This document shows, piece by piece, positions 48,987 to 61,755 of a DNA stretch of 64,000 bases (the stretch's first letter is position 1; each line of letters starts with the position of its first letter). The position numbers and the translations under genes are program-made. The stretch spans positions 81,594,001-81,658,000 of the forward strand of contig NW_024704743.1 of the NCBI RefSeq assembly GCF_018977255.1, written 5' to 3'. The notes below the pieces were generated by a model, which was given only the letters and a program-made list of their open reading frames with translations, was not told where the DNA came from and did not search any database. The stretch comes from Callorhinchus milii (lineage: Eukaryota).

Positions 48987-50949
48987 TATATCTTCAAACT
49001 CTGATGCTATCTGACGCCTAGACCTTTTGGAAACAGATTTCTAATGCTCTTACAGTCATGTGCACAACCAGCTCTTTCCTTTTTTTAAAAAAATGATTTT
49101 GGTATACTCTAAAATTGGATAACTTATTTTTTAACAGTCCTGATGTGATGTGATGCAATATGGCAGGATGGACAAATCAGACCTCCCAGAGGTCCCACAT
49201 GGTTTACTGTGGGCAAGAATATTCCTATCCTCAAAGCAGTGTAAACACATCATAACAAACCTGTTTGCAACACATTGCTTCTCTTGTCATGCAAATGTGC
49301 AGGTAGAGGTGTTCGTTACTGTACAATTACAAAATATTAGGGTGAAAAATGTGACGTGTGATAATTATTACTGCTGGTAATTAGACATGTGGACAGATAC
49401 GGAGCAAAGTGGAAGATCAGGAGGATTTTGTTTGCACATAGATTTGTTAGGATGTGGAATGTCCAGCTGTTTGGTGGGTGAGGCAGCATCCATATTAGCT
49501 GTTAAGAGGTAACCAGATAGATATCTGAAATTGAGTAATTTGCAGTTATGGGGAAAGACAAGTGATTACGTCTGAATAGATTACTCTTTCAAAGGTGCAG
49601 CACAGACATGATGGGCTGAATGGCTGCTTCACTCTACTCTACGTTTGTATGCTGCTCTGGTGCTTCCTCCCCAAGGGAAAAAATATTTTAAACTGGCTTC
49701 TCAGACCTGAAAAGATTTATGTTGTTATAAGTCATTATATTAGAACCGCATATTATAATGCAGTGGTTAGGAATCACCTGCAAAATATGCAGTCAATCCA
49801 GTTTACAGTATATTCTGTGAAGAACTTTGAGACGTCTAGAAGATGTGATAAGGTGCTATATCAAATGCAATGATTATTATTATAAAATCCCAACCACGTT
49901 ATGTCTGGGCTGTAATATAGCTAGTTTCAGAGCGCAAGCCTCCTGTGTATATGCCAGCTGGCTGGCTTGTTTCCATGTGTTAGACAGCTCCTGCACTCTA
50001 CAGCATTGTTGATATCTGAGTCACTAGGTTACCCCCAACATCACTTCTTGCAGTGATGTTGACAGGAACCTAGCTCCCTTTTAGCATAAAGCCAGCCATC
50101 TATGCACTTATACTCCCCTGTCTAAATCTAACAGTAAATTAGCCACCATTACTGAAACCAACTAGGATTTTGCACTTATTTTATCATGAAGTGCCTTGTC
50201 GTTCACCCATAGATTCATGAAATCTTTATGAAATTTTTACACCATTGTTCCTGCGCTGGTAATAGCCCACTCCCCCCCCACCCCCCCTCCCGCAACACAC
50301 ACACGTACACACACACTTTGCTGGAGCTACTTTTCCAATTGCACTCTCCTCAATAAACTTGCTTAAAGCTGCTTGAAGTGCTGCCAGTATACTAACAATC
50401 CGAAAATAAGGGGGTAAAACAATTGACACTTTATAACTGATTTGATGCAGTAATTATTTGACCACATAACCATCTGATAATACAACCAGATATCTTTATT
50501 CCATGACAATCAAAAAAGAGGTTTTTAATCCCAGTGTATTTCAATCGTAAGGGTGGACTCAGATTCCTTGTGGTTAATTTGCTGTTAGACTTAGGGATAG
50601 GGGAGGATCCCATGACAATAAGGAAAAGGATAGTTTGGTTGCCCTCTAAACAGAAGAAGCAATGAACTCATAACAAACATTTTGTACAGTGGAATGCTGG
50701 TTGTCTGAATGTTCTTTTATTCACTTTGGGGTCCCTGCAGAAGTGTACATGGGGCAGTGATACTAATATAAAATATAGCTCTGTCTGTAACAACAACAAA
50801 TTACATTTGTATAGCGCCTTTCACATCAGGAAAATGCTTGGGACGTAAGGGTGATCACACACACACATACACACTCTGTGCCTCTTATTCTTCTGTAAGG
50901 GACAGTGAGAGGGACAGTGAAAGGCAGAGTGTGTGTGTGTGTGTGCGCG

Positions 50950-52440
50950 ATCATCATCATAACTTGTTGCTCCAAAACTGCAGTCAGAGTCTGGAGTTGT
51001 CATTTATCTCGAAAGCTTCCTTGAAATTACAGGATGTTGACAGGGGCAGTGTTCACATGTTTGCCTCAGCTCTCCACATTCACATCTGGGGCTATTTCTC
51101 AGCTTCCACTTGGTCATATTGTCACCAGTCTTTGCCACCCAGCTCTCGCTTGCTGTATTGTAAGGGAGAGAAAGAGAGATAAAACACACAGAGTGAAATA
51201 GAAAGGAGAGTGAGGCAGATAGTGATGGCACAGTATGGTACTATAATGGTGATACTTAGTAATGATGCCAATTATCCATACCGCTTGCTTATTCACAATA
51301 CAGCCAGTTAGTGTGGATAGTCGCTTCTCTGCTGTAAATGCAAAAATCCCGGAAATCTGGGTGAATAGTTTACAGCAGCATTTAAAGAAGTCTGCAAATG
51401 TGCTGTATGTGCATGACTTAATATCCACAGGTGGAGCACGAGCAATTTAAGACAATGGATAACAAGCATAAGTGGCAGAAAGATAGACACTGGAGATCAG
51501 AATCAGTCTATGTTATCGGGGGCTGTAATATTGTACTATCTTGTTGTTTGACAACACATTCCAAGTAGAGCTGGGGCAGCTGAAGAACTAAACATTGCTG
51601 TAGGGATTCAATTGTCTAAAATAACATTTGAAAACTCCATTGCCCTAGTTCCAATGCGTTGTGTTTCAACAACTTGCAGTTACGTAGCACCCTTCATGTA
51701 AGATTACATCTCGCAGCGCTTTCAGTCTCATGCTGATTGATTAAGCTCAGTGCTGCGGGCTGCTAATGGGGTCATTCACCACTTTGGTTAGCCCACATTA
51801 TAATAATCCAAAAAATTAGATGTTGCAATGAGTTGTATCAATAGAGCAGACTTAGTAGAATTAATACTTCAGCGATGTCAGGGCTGACACTACTGAACTG
51901 TTTTGCACGTCCATACAGCAAGCCAGCAACTGTTCTTGCGATGTTTCCAGAAGTTGATGTGATGCCAGGATGTCGTCTTACAAAATATTCATGTGCCAGA
52001 ATGCTGCAGGTGACCCAAGTTGTACATAGACCAATGATAGACTGAAGTTCCAACTGTATCTACAATACAATACAACACAATTTACATTGATATTTCATAT
52101 CAATATTTCATATCGGGAGGATGTCCCAAAGCTCTTCACTGTACTGATGGGCACCCGAGGTGGGAGCCGATGGGGGTGGAGATGGGAAATATGACCAAAA
52201 ACAAATTTGTAAGATTGACAAACATTTGGAAATATGGAATGCTGGATGCGTCAGGTTGACCAGGTTAAACAACCAGGTTGCGATGAGTTGTATCAATTAG
52301 AGCAGGCTTAGTAGAGCCTCTGGAACATTGCTCAGATGCCGCCAAGTTTATGAAAGTGATAACTGGGATGAGTGCCCAAACAGAATTCCAGTGGTTTGGC
52401 CTTGACATCTGTGATCCAACAAATCCACTATTAAACACCA
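50950..52440 (-). mobile_element. Highly degraded non-LTR element, possibly Vingi/Ingi-like
   Basis: Minus frame KWKLRNSPRCECGELRQTCEH (C-terminal CxC..QT..H knuckle) followed by a (TGA)n-like tail at ~50950. Confidence 0.45.
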
Positions 52441-52544
52441 GTGCGTTCTAAATTCAGTTCAGTCTGAACATTGGGCAATCAATTATTTTCTTTACATCTA
52501 ATTAACTTGTAATCTTGTAAAAAATATGCTCTATTCATATGAAA

Positions 52545-52820
52545 AAGGCTAAGGAGGAATAAACCAGCCAGGGTTCCTACTTCTGGTTTTTCTATAGCCG
52601 GTTGTGCACCTGTTTGGTAGCTAAATGAGACACGGTCAGACTCTGTAGAGATGCTCTCTACAGTCGAGTTACCTGCTGACACTCACTGTCAAAGCTCACA
52701 CAGGAACATTGGCCATTTGGAATTTGGGAACTGGAGGACAACAAATTCCCATGGAACTGCAGCCCAGTAAGGGGAGATCAGACCAGGAGCAGAGAGGCAA
52801 TTGCCAGTGGGGAAGATATT
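52545..52820 (+). mobile_element. AmnSINE2-like SINE 3' part
   Basis: cagccagggttcctac...cctgctgacactcactgtcaaagctcacacagg...cccatggaactg. Confidence 0.7.
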
Positions 52821-54284
52821 TGAAAAAAAATAATTGGACACAGTAAACTTGTATTAAAAAAACAAAGGTTTTGTAATTGCTTAAAACAGGGATGGGTAAG
52901 AACGTTCAAGCTGGCTTCAGGTTCAACCATATTGTTGAAGTTGGGAGGGTGGGTGTTACAACACCCCCCTCCCTCCCCACTCCTCCTGGTGTCAGTCTGC
53001 TTATTCATTGCTTTACTACATATTTTTATCCAAGTGATGATCACTGGTGATAATTAGCACACCACATGTTGCAGTTTTTATCCCAATGAGTCAAATGCCA
53101 ACATATTGAGGGGAAATTCAAACTGTGAAACTGTTTTCTTTAAAACCCAATGTATCCAAGAGCTAAATTGATTAGATGAATGAGTGTTATTTCTGTCAGT
53201 GAATGGGTGAGTGATGGTGAGCAGGTGAATACTGAAAGGTTTATCCGATGCCCACTGGAGCAAAGCCAGCATTGGTTTAAAGGAGGATTGTCACCGTCTT
53301 GCAGGAAAGCCTAGAAGAGCCGAATGGAATTGTTATTATGGTGATGCCAACGTGCAATCTGTGCTAAAATTATTCCAATGCATATTGTGCCCCCCAAATT
53401 GCCTTCATGTGCTTATAACTGGGAGGAAAGTTTGTGAGATAAGTTTACAGCAAAGCTGATGGAGTGTAGTTTTTTTTCAAAATGGTACTATGTAGAGTTG
53501 GACTTGCAGAGTAAATGTAGTCGCAGTAATGTTTACATCTTAAAGTGAGGCTAAAAACCTCTGAGGCTTTGTAGATGTTTTCAAACTAAAGTTTAACTGT
53601 GGTGAAATCAGTTTCCTGCACATAATCACGTGCGCTTTTGAACTGGGCCTTGGTTCTGACCTCTGTAAAGTCCATTGTTTCCCCCACTGATTGTCAGTCA
53701 GAGGCCCATGCCTGGTGCTTTGTGTTGTCCTGAGGAATAACTTCTGTTTTGTTGCAGGTATTTGTTTATGTAATATGATTTGAGCTCTACACTGTACAGT
53801 CACAACAATAATTGTTACCATATGACAGCAAAACTGTATCTTACACTACTCAAATGAAAGTGGATATTCCAAATCTTATTTGTTTACGCAGATTGCCTAT
53901 TTGCTTGAGATAGTCATAATTTTGTCAAGACTTAAGTTCATTTTGTAGAAATGTGTGCAACAAGCCAGATCCCTTTCCAAAATGTGACTCACGTTTTACC
54001 CTTTAAGCCAATCTTGAAACAAAAGTTTCTTTACTTGGGCTTGAATCAGACCCTAGTCTCCAGTGGTAAAATAGGCACTGATATTGGTCATAGTCAACTG
54101 TTGGTAGCATGCTGTTGGAGACAGTAAGTGGCCATTTTCACTTGGCCACAAGATGTCCCTTTCCATGAACCCTGTGAATTTAGAATATGCAACAACTAGT
54201 AGCATTTGCTCTTCATACAGGATAGCGTTTTGGAGCGTTGCACAGTGGAGGAGTTGGACACTGAGCAAGGGAGAAGAAGACAAA

Positions 54285-54322
54285 GGGTCTGATGAAGGGT
54301 CATGGACCTGAAACGTTGACTC
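54285..54322 (+). ncRNA. Minimal hammerhead ribozyme motif (Penelope-type)
   Basis: gggt-CTGATGA-agggtcatggacct-GAAA-cgttg-actc: both core boxes, stem II, stem I gggt/actc, and palindromic ACGT in place of stem III. Confidence 0.6.
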
Positions 54323-54420
54323 ACTTTCCTTTCTCCATAGATGCTGCCTGACCTGCTGAGTGTTCCCAGCAACTTCTGTTTTTGTTTTCAGATTTCCAGC
54401 ATCTCCAGTATTTTACATTT
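54285..54420 (+). mobile_element. Penelope-type terminal-repeat fragment
   Basis: Hammerhead motif followed by atagatgctgcctgacctgctgagtgttcccagc...ttccagcatctccagtatttt; related copies at ~2870, ~10295 and ~31880. Confidence 0.65.
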
Positions 54421-55458
54421 AGAAGAAGAAGGTATTAGTAACACGGTCAAAAAGTTGAGTCTAAATGCAGGACAAGATTCCCATTAATAAAGATCAACTA
54501 GGAAACATCAGAAAGAGAGAAATGCATTGGAAAAGGGTAAGTGGATCATAGAGACTGAGATGATCAAATATTCCTGGAGCCACAGCTGTTCCTGTTGTGA
54601 TTGTTGGAGGAGTTGGAGAACATTGAGCTAAAATGTGTTGCTGCTGATGTAGGGTTGGATAAAGATTCTGGATATTTGTTTTGATAACTTTTGTAGATCA
54701 GAAAAGGCCTTTTTAAACTTTTCCCTTGAGAGATTAAATATTCTGGGTAAATCCTGTAATTTGGGGAAGGGAGGTTTGGATTAAGGTTGAAGTGGACTTG
54801 ATGGGCTGGAGGGTCTTATTTGTTGCACATTTTCTTGTGTTAGATTCCCCTGCACCCCCACACACAGTACAACCCAAAGCCCAGTCACATGTGAATTCCT
54901 CACTGTACACAGCAGTTCTCAGGAGTGCTCAGGGCATAATAATAATGCCTGATTTCCACTGGTTGCTGTTGTGGGTAGTATGGGGCTTCTATACTGCACC
55001 TTGAGTACTTTGTGTTACTGTGACCTCTGGGTTCACCTTCAGTCCTTAGCAGCTGTCACTCACTAGGATTGGGATGACAATCATGGCAGCACTCTGTCGT
55101 TGTATTAGAACATTGCAATGATGGTGCAAAAAACAAAGGTTTTATTTCTGATACAGCCAGTTGCACACAGCAATGTCCCACAAACAAATTAGTGAGCAAC
55201 TAATTTTATTTGGGGTATTGTTGGCCAGGACATCCTTCTCCCTTCTCATTTCAAATAGTCATTTCCGAACAGGCAGACAGAACCCACAACCTTCTGACCA
55301 GATGTGAGAGTGCTACCACTGAGCCAGGCTGACATACTTTGACAATGTTAGAAGAAACGATGGGCTTCCAGATGGATTTCTGCATTATAGTTGCTGATCA
55401 TCAATACAGTAACTCTCCATATCACTCTTGACGGTTCTTTTTCTGGCCTCTGGTAAGT

Positions 55459-55669
55459 CCCCTCTCGACTCTCTTCCTCCTCCTCGCTCCCTCCCTTCCC
55501 TCCCCTCACCCTGACCATTTTCCCCCTCCTCTCTCCCTCCCTTCCCTCCCCTCACCCTGACCATTTCCCCCCTGCTCGGGTCATGACCCAACTGTGCAGC
55601 GCCTTGGGACGTCCTCCTGACGTGAAAGGCGCTCTATAAATGGAATCTTGTTGTTGTTGTTGTTGTTGT
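55459..55669 (+). mobile_element. Young L2 3' end
   Basis: Near-identical to the 3' end of the 48259-48986 copy, including the 45-bp duplication. Confidence 0.93.
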
Positions 55670-55989
55670 AAAAGTGCTGAGGATGCTGCCCAGCTTCTGA
55701 ACTGGTAGCTAACAAGAACTGCACATCAAGCTGGAGACCAACCCAAGTTAAGTCTGTCAGAATACGATTGCTTCACTACCAGCAAACTCCACATTTCTGT
55801 TCCAGGGACTGCTCGCCAGATTACACAAGACAACTGAGGAGCACTCTGGCTTCCATTTGCAAGTCTAAATGGGCCAGGAGATAAATATTCATGTTGCAGC
55901 CTTTAGCCCGGCTGTGGAGTGAGTCACCGCTTAATGCTTTTCAATGTCTCCATAATTTGATCTACAAGATCACAAAAGAAGTTTAGAAG

Positions 55990-56240
55990 TTTGGGCCATT
56001 TGATCTCATCCTTCTAGAATACCAACCCTACCATCGTCCCGTCAGAGCATCGAGCTGTTTGTTTTAAAAATAACTTCAGTGCTCTGACCTCACTACCCTT
56101 CATGGTAATTGGTTCCAGTTGTTAGTTACCCTTTGCATAAAGAAATACTTCCTGGTGCTTGTCCTAAAATTGCTTTCTGCAATTCTAAACTTGCGTCATT
56201 TTGATCTGCCGTCTCAGTTCATCTGAAAACATTGTTCTGT
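55990..56240 (-). mobile_element. Old CR1 3' fragment
   Basis: Reverse of tttaggacaagcaccaggaagtatttcttt...agaaggatgagatcaaatggccc. Confidence 0.6.
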
Positions 56241-56389
56241 CTTTACTTTCCTAATCCCATTTAATTCCCCACTGCAGTGCTCTTCTGCTCCAGTTCAATA
56301 ATCTGCTATAGTGCTACCAGTCCACAGTTCGGCCCGGGCACTCTTGACTTGTGAGATAAGTTACAGTCAGGCTAGGTCATGTTAGTGGG

Positions 56390-56770
56390 GGAAGGCCACA
56401 GGTGTGTGGGAGTGGGGAAACAGGTGGGTGTGAGTATGGGGGGAGGAGGTGGTTTGGAAGGAGATAGGTGAGGAGTGGGAGGGGAGTGTAGGTGGGAGGA
56501 GGTGGGTGGGGAATGTAGGGGGGAGGAGATGGGTGAGGAGTGTGGGGGGGAGGAGGTGGGTGGGGAGTGTGGGTGGGAGGAGGTGGGTGGGGAGTGTGGG
56601 TGGCAGCAGGTGGGTGGGGATGTGGGGGAACAGGAAGATGGGGAGTGTTGGGGAAGCAGGAGGATGGGGAGTGTGGGGGGCAAGAAGGTGGGTGGGGAGT
56701 GTGGGGTAGCAGGTGGGTGAGGAGTGTGGGTGGGTGGAGGAGAGGAGGTGGGAGGGAAGTGTGGGGGAAG
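56390..56770. repeat. G-rich minisatellite (~27-bp unit gggtggggagtgtgggtgggaggaggt)
   Basis: Visible tandem units with repeated GGG runs. Confidence 0.85.
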
Positions 56771-58104
56771 TTAACCAGGCACTGGTTATTTCACCTCTGA
56801 CCTACAGCTGTTAATCTTGCTGTCCGTGAGGTAATGCCTCTGAATACCAAATAAAAGGCAGTGAGATCAGATTCAGAGTTACTGAAGTGCACCCAGTTTA
56901 TAGCAAAAAGGCTCCTCATTAGTCAGTGAACACCTTCAGATTGTCGGCTGGTCAGCAAATTCTCACATTAACATGCTGTGATCAGCATGTCCTCACACAA
57001 ATGGCCATTTGTTGCCCAACCCAATTTAGACACTAGCACGCTGATCTGATATAGCAAACTTGAGTTTAATAATCTCACATGAAAGAACAGGTTTACTTTG
57101 TTTTGAGGAGGGGTGGGGAGGGGGTTGACAGTTGGAGCTTGTCAACCATCTAAGTGATTTAACTAACTCATATTTCTGATTATTAAACATTTGAGGATTG
57201 GCCCGCTGTTTTTTATTCAAATAAGAAGGAAGTTGTGGTTGCAATTAAGTTTGTGGTCAATGAGCATGCTACTGTGGGTAACATGCAGTGTCTAAAAATC
57301 TCCAACCATTAAATTAAAGCCTTTTGCCCAAATTGTGCCATGTTAGAAACACTATAAAACTTTGTTCAAATGAAAAGTCATCAATAAAAGTTTTTTTTTC
57401 AACATGTTGCTGTAAATATTAATGCACATATGTACTAATTTACTCAGACATTAGTGGGGCATTCTCAAAAGTATTTCTCACTTTTCACTGCTTGAGGTTG
57501 GTTCGTGAGTTTTCCTCACCCAAAATACACCCAGAATGTTCCAGGAAAGTGGATAGATTCTGGGATGGACCAAACCAAACCAAACACTGTGAGCAACTTG
57601 GAGCTTCCCTTCAAGGTAACTTTCTTTTCAGGACATTATGGACTGCAAATACATAACCATCTGAGTGTTGTACGTTTTGCATTGGGGAATACCACTTCCA
57701 GGGGAAATGCACCTTAACAATTCTTTGTGATGGATGTTGTTTGAACACAGAATGTATTTGACATATCCAGCCATCTTAAGTCAAGCTTGTTGGCAGGACA
57801 CACCAGAGGACTTGCTCTGCTCAAATCTGTTTCTCACATCTTCAGGGGGAATAAGATAAACCTTTTTATGTTTAAAGCACTCAGATATTATCCTGAAAGG
57901 TCAATATGCACATATGTACTAATTTACTCAGACATTAGTGGGGCATTCTCAAAAGTATACTCTGTTTTGTTTCTTGCATTATTTGTTTTCTAAGTTTGAT
58001 CTGCCGAGGAGATAGGCAATGTGTGTTCTCCCTGGCCAAGTAATCAATTTCACCTAACTGTTGGACTAGGATCGATATTTTATGACTGATCAATAGAAAC
58101 CACC

Positions 58105-58630
58105 TGTGTACCCATGGGGCTCTATCTTGGTTCTCCTCTATTCATAACTATCTGCCTCCCCTGGGAAACAATGTGCAGAGGGCAACTTCTATCTCTATAC
58201 TGTTGACACCCATCGTTCTGCCCCTATCCTTGATTCTAGCATTATTACTGTTCTGACTAACTGGCTCTCAGACATTAAGCTCTGGATAAGCCTTAATTTA
58301 CTTCAAATGAATATCCACAGAACTAAAGCTGTCTTGTTTAGCTCTTACTAGAGCTTGTTTTTCCCTCTGGCTCTGACCCAATCAACCTCTCTGGTTGCTG
58401 CTGCTAACTGAGTTAGTGTGCAACTTTGGTGTTCAGTCTGACTCCCAGCTCTGCTCAACACCCTGCACCATGACCAAAATGTTTCCATCTTTAGATCCTT
58501 GATCACCTGTGTCCCTATCTCACTCTTTCTAAAGCTCAAAACTTCATTTATATGTTTGTTACCGTAAGATTAGATTCTAGAATGTTCTCATTGCTGGCCT
58601 CCCTGGTTCTACCCTCCACAAGCTCCAATT
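58105..58630 (+). mobile_element. Very old L2 RT fragment
   Basis: tgtgtacccatggggctctatcttggttctcctctattc...tatactgttgacacc...cagacattaagctctggat. Confidence 0.6.
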
Positions 58631-59302
58631 ATCCTTGTGGCGAGGAGGAGATAAATTGTATCTTCTTCATGCTGAACTGACTATTGGAATTGTTTGATCC
58701 ACTATGGCAGTCTCAGTAGTCTGGTTCCTGAGCCAAGCAAGGCCACAGTATTATTATTATTATCTCTGATACAATAATCCTTGAGCTCAGATCCTACTTT
58801 ATAGAATCATAGAGTATTACAGCACAGAAGGAGGCCATTTGGGCCATTGTGCCTGTGCCAGTACTTGCCGAAGCTTCTCCTTGTTGCATTTTAGTATCTG
58901 GAAAAAAAGGATGGACGAACACAAAGAGATGTTCTGTGAAGGTGTTAGAGCTTCACAGATACAACACTCATTGTCCTTGTGCAGATAATCATATGAATGG
59001 ACTGAACATTTCATTACAATCCAAGAAGAATCTAGAGCACCATCGCTATTCATAGTGAAATAGGTTTGATCAAGATATCAGTATTTCTCTGCATTCATTC
59101 CCACATTGAAAGAAGGAAGGAAATCCCATCTCCCCCCCCACCCCCACCTCCTATTACAATAAAGTTCAAGGAATTCCAATACAAAATATCCAAGGGAGGA
59201 GAGGCTACAACACTGATGACCTGGGTGAATGAGTTAACACTAGCAAAAATTAATGCTAACTTCTAATTGAAAATTTCAACCCATTTCATACTTGTGTGTA
59301 AA

Positions 59303-59712
59303 GCTGGCTCATTTGGCAGCACTCTCACCTGCGAGTCAGGTAGTTGTGGGTTCAAAACCCACGTCGTAATGTGGAACGCATAGAGTAGGCTGACACTCCA
59401 ATGCTAAACTTGGGGTTTGCTGAATTGTTGGCAATCCTGTCCTTCATTTGAGACGTTAAACTAAGGTCCCATTTACCTGTTCAGGTGGATGTTAAAGATG
59501 TGATGGTACTCTTCGAAAATAAAAGGGAGTTTCTCCTGGTGTCCTGGCCAACAATGCCCCAATAAAATTTGTTTCATGGTGGTTTATGGGGCATTGCTAT
59601 GTGCAAATGGGCTGTCACATTCGTTTTCTAATTTCACAGTAAATCCTGTGAATCGCTTTGAGAAGTCATCCTGACATGAAAGGTGTTGTACCAAATGCAA
59701 GGGTTATTATCA
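59303..59712 (+). mobile_element. Full-length Deu-domain SINE
   Basis: Head plus gagacgttaaactaaggtccc...ttcaggtggatgttaaagatg...gtgtcctggccaac plus tail. Confidence 0.82.
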
Positions 59713-60889
59713 TGAGTGCTAATTAACACAAAGATTTGGTTACTGTAAGGTTAGGCTCTACAATGCTCCACGCACTGGCCTCCCTGGTTCTGTACTCCAC
59801 AAAAGATACAAATTGTACCCCCAATATTTTGGCATGAATAATATGCTCCATTAAAGAAATACAGTATGAGTCATTGTTCAACTTAGGAAACTGTATAACA
59901 AATGTTGGCCTCTATAAAATGCTGCTGGAAAATTTATGCATTTTTCTTGGAAACAAAATCGTAGAAAAATAATTTGACTGGAGCTATTTATTGTGAGTAA
60001 AACAATGTGTTTTTTTTGGAAGAATATAAATACCAAGTATAGCATTGTACATAGAAGTAGTGTAGCTCCAGTCATTCTGTGGAACTGCATGTGGAGCGAA
60101 CCAGTGGGGCCTACAGTTCTGCACACCTCATTATAAAATATTATTTTATTTGGCAAATCTACAAATAGCCTACCGTAATGACGTTCTACTGTTCCTGTTT
60201 AAGAAACAGAACCCCTTTATTCAACACAGAGTAGAGAATTTAATGCTGTACGTCATCTTATCAACACACCATTCTTGGAAATCTTCTGCCTGGCTCAATT
60301 ATTCCTGGTAAAATCCTTCAGCTTCAAATGACTGGGTTCAAACATGTCATCCTAACTTTCCTCAGATTATAAAATCCTTATATATGAATAATCCTTACAT
60401 TTGGTATAGTGTCTTTATGTGTGCAAACCCTGGTAATCCCATGATTAAGGATGAAAATTGAGCCTTCTTGATTTTTATTCTGAATTCCTATTGATCTCTG
60501 GTGAATCTCAGAAGCTTGATTTTGCCTGTTGGATAACACTTTGGCACTGGGTTTGTAGTGCTGGAGCGATTTCATGTCAGCCTGGCTCAGTTTGTTTGCA
60601 CTCTTGCTTCTGTGTCAGAAGCTTGGGGGTTCAAACTCAATGTTGGAACTTTGAGCTCATAGTTTAGGCCAATACTGGCCAAACTGCAGCCCAAGGATTG
60701 GTTACCAGTTAAGGAGCCCTCCCTTCTACCCACCCCCCCAACATTTGCAGTAGTCTAGGTAGCTCTGTGTTCGATCCGTAGTGTGTTTCCATAAATTAAG
60801 AAATATTATTATATAAATATACAGTTACCGCACACAAATTCTGTGCGACGCTTTGATACGTCCTCCTAATGTGAAAGGAGCTATATAAT

Positions 60890-61105
60890 AAATAATAATT
60901 ATAAACCTTGCATTTGATATAGCGCCTTATCATGTCTTAGAGATGTCTCAGAGCACTTCACACAATATACTATAAAGTGAATTGACTGTATATTTGTGGG
61001 AGAAACACGGTAGCCAAATGCGCACAGCAGTGTCCCATAAACAGTCGTGGATTGAGTGACCAAATATGTTTTTAAATAATTTTTTCTAAAGGGATTATTA
61101 CCCCT
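60890..61105 (-). mobile_element. tRNA SINE 3' half
   Basis: ccttgcatttgatatagcgccttatcatgtc...gtggattgagtgacc. Confidence 0.85.
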
Positions 61106-61439
61106 GGAAAGATTTAATTCTTCTCTGGCAGCCAAACTTTATTTAGTACTCTTCTGGGCCTGATGTGATATCATACCTGGCACAATGAATGTAACCTTTT
61201 CTGTTTCAACCAAGAAAAATAGGGAACAGTGTAGACCACCACTGAAATTCAATAGAAAGAGAGGACGGGACAAATCAGAAAGTAATCTGCTGATTTTAAG
61301 AAACCTGGGCAGGTGGTAGGTAGGTAACCTACGATTCAAATGAATGAAACTATTGTATCGAATGCAAGAATTATTATTACTTATTACAAGGCATAAATCA
61401 AGAAATATTCAATCAAGAAAATTTATTTTGTAAAATGAT

Positions 61440-61755
61440 TGGCTGACACACCAGTACATTGCTCGGGGAGTGCTGCATTAACAGGTGCCTTCATTCAGAT
61501 GAGATGTTGATCTGAGCTCCTGACTAGCTGTTCAAGTGGATGTTAAAGATGGAGAAAAGAAGGGAAAACCAGTGTCCAGGCCAACAAACCCCTCCAGATA
61601 GAATGAATTGTTTGTTGGACATTTCTGTACGTAAAATTGTGTGCTGTATTTGCCTGTAAAATACACAGTCACTGCACACAAATCATGTGCAACGCTTTGA
61701 TAAATCCTCCCAATGTGAAAGGAGCTAAATTACATGCAAGGATTATTATTATTTA
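61440..61755 (+). mobile_element. Deu-domain SINE, head separated (head probably 60576-60670)
   Basis: ggtgccttcattcagatgagatgttga...gttcaagtggatgttaaagat. Confidence 0.7.

Noticed and set aside
58590..59805. Repeated ctggcctccctggttct motif
   Set aside because: Both are pieces of L2 ORF2, not a novel repeat.
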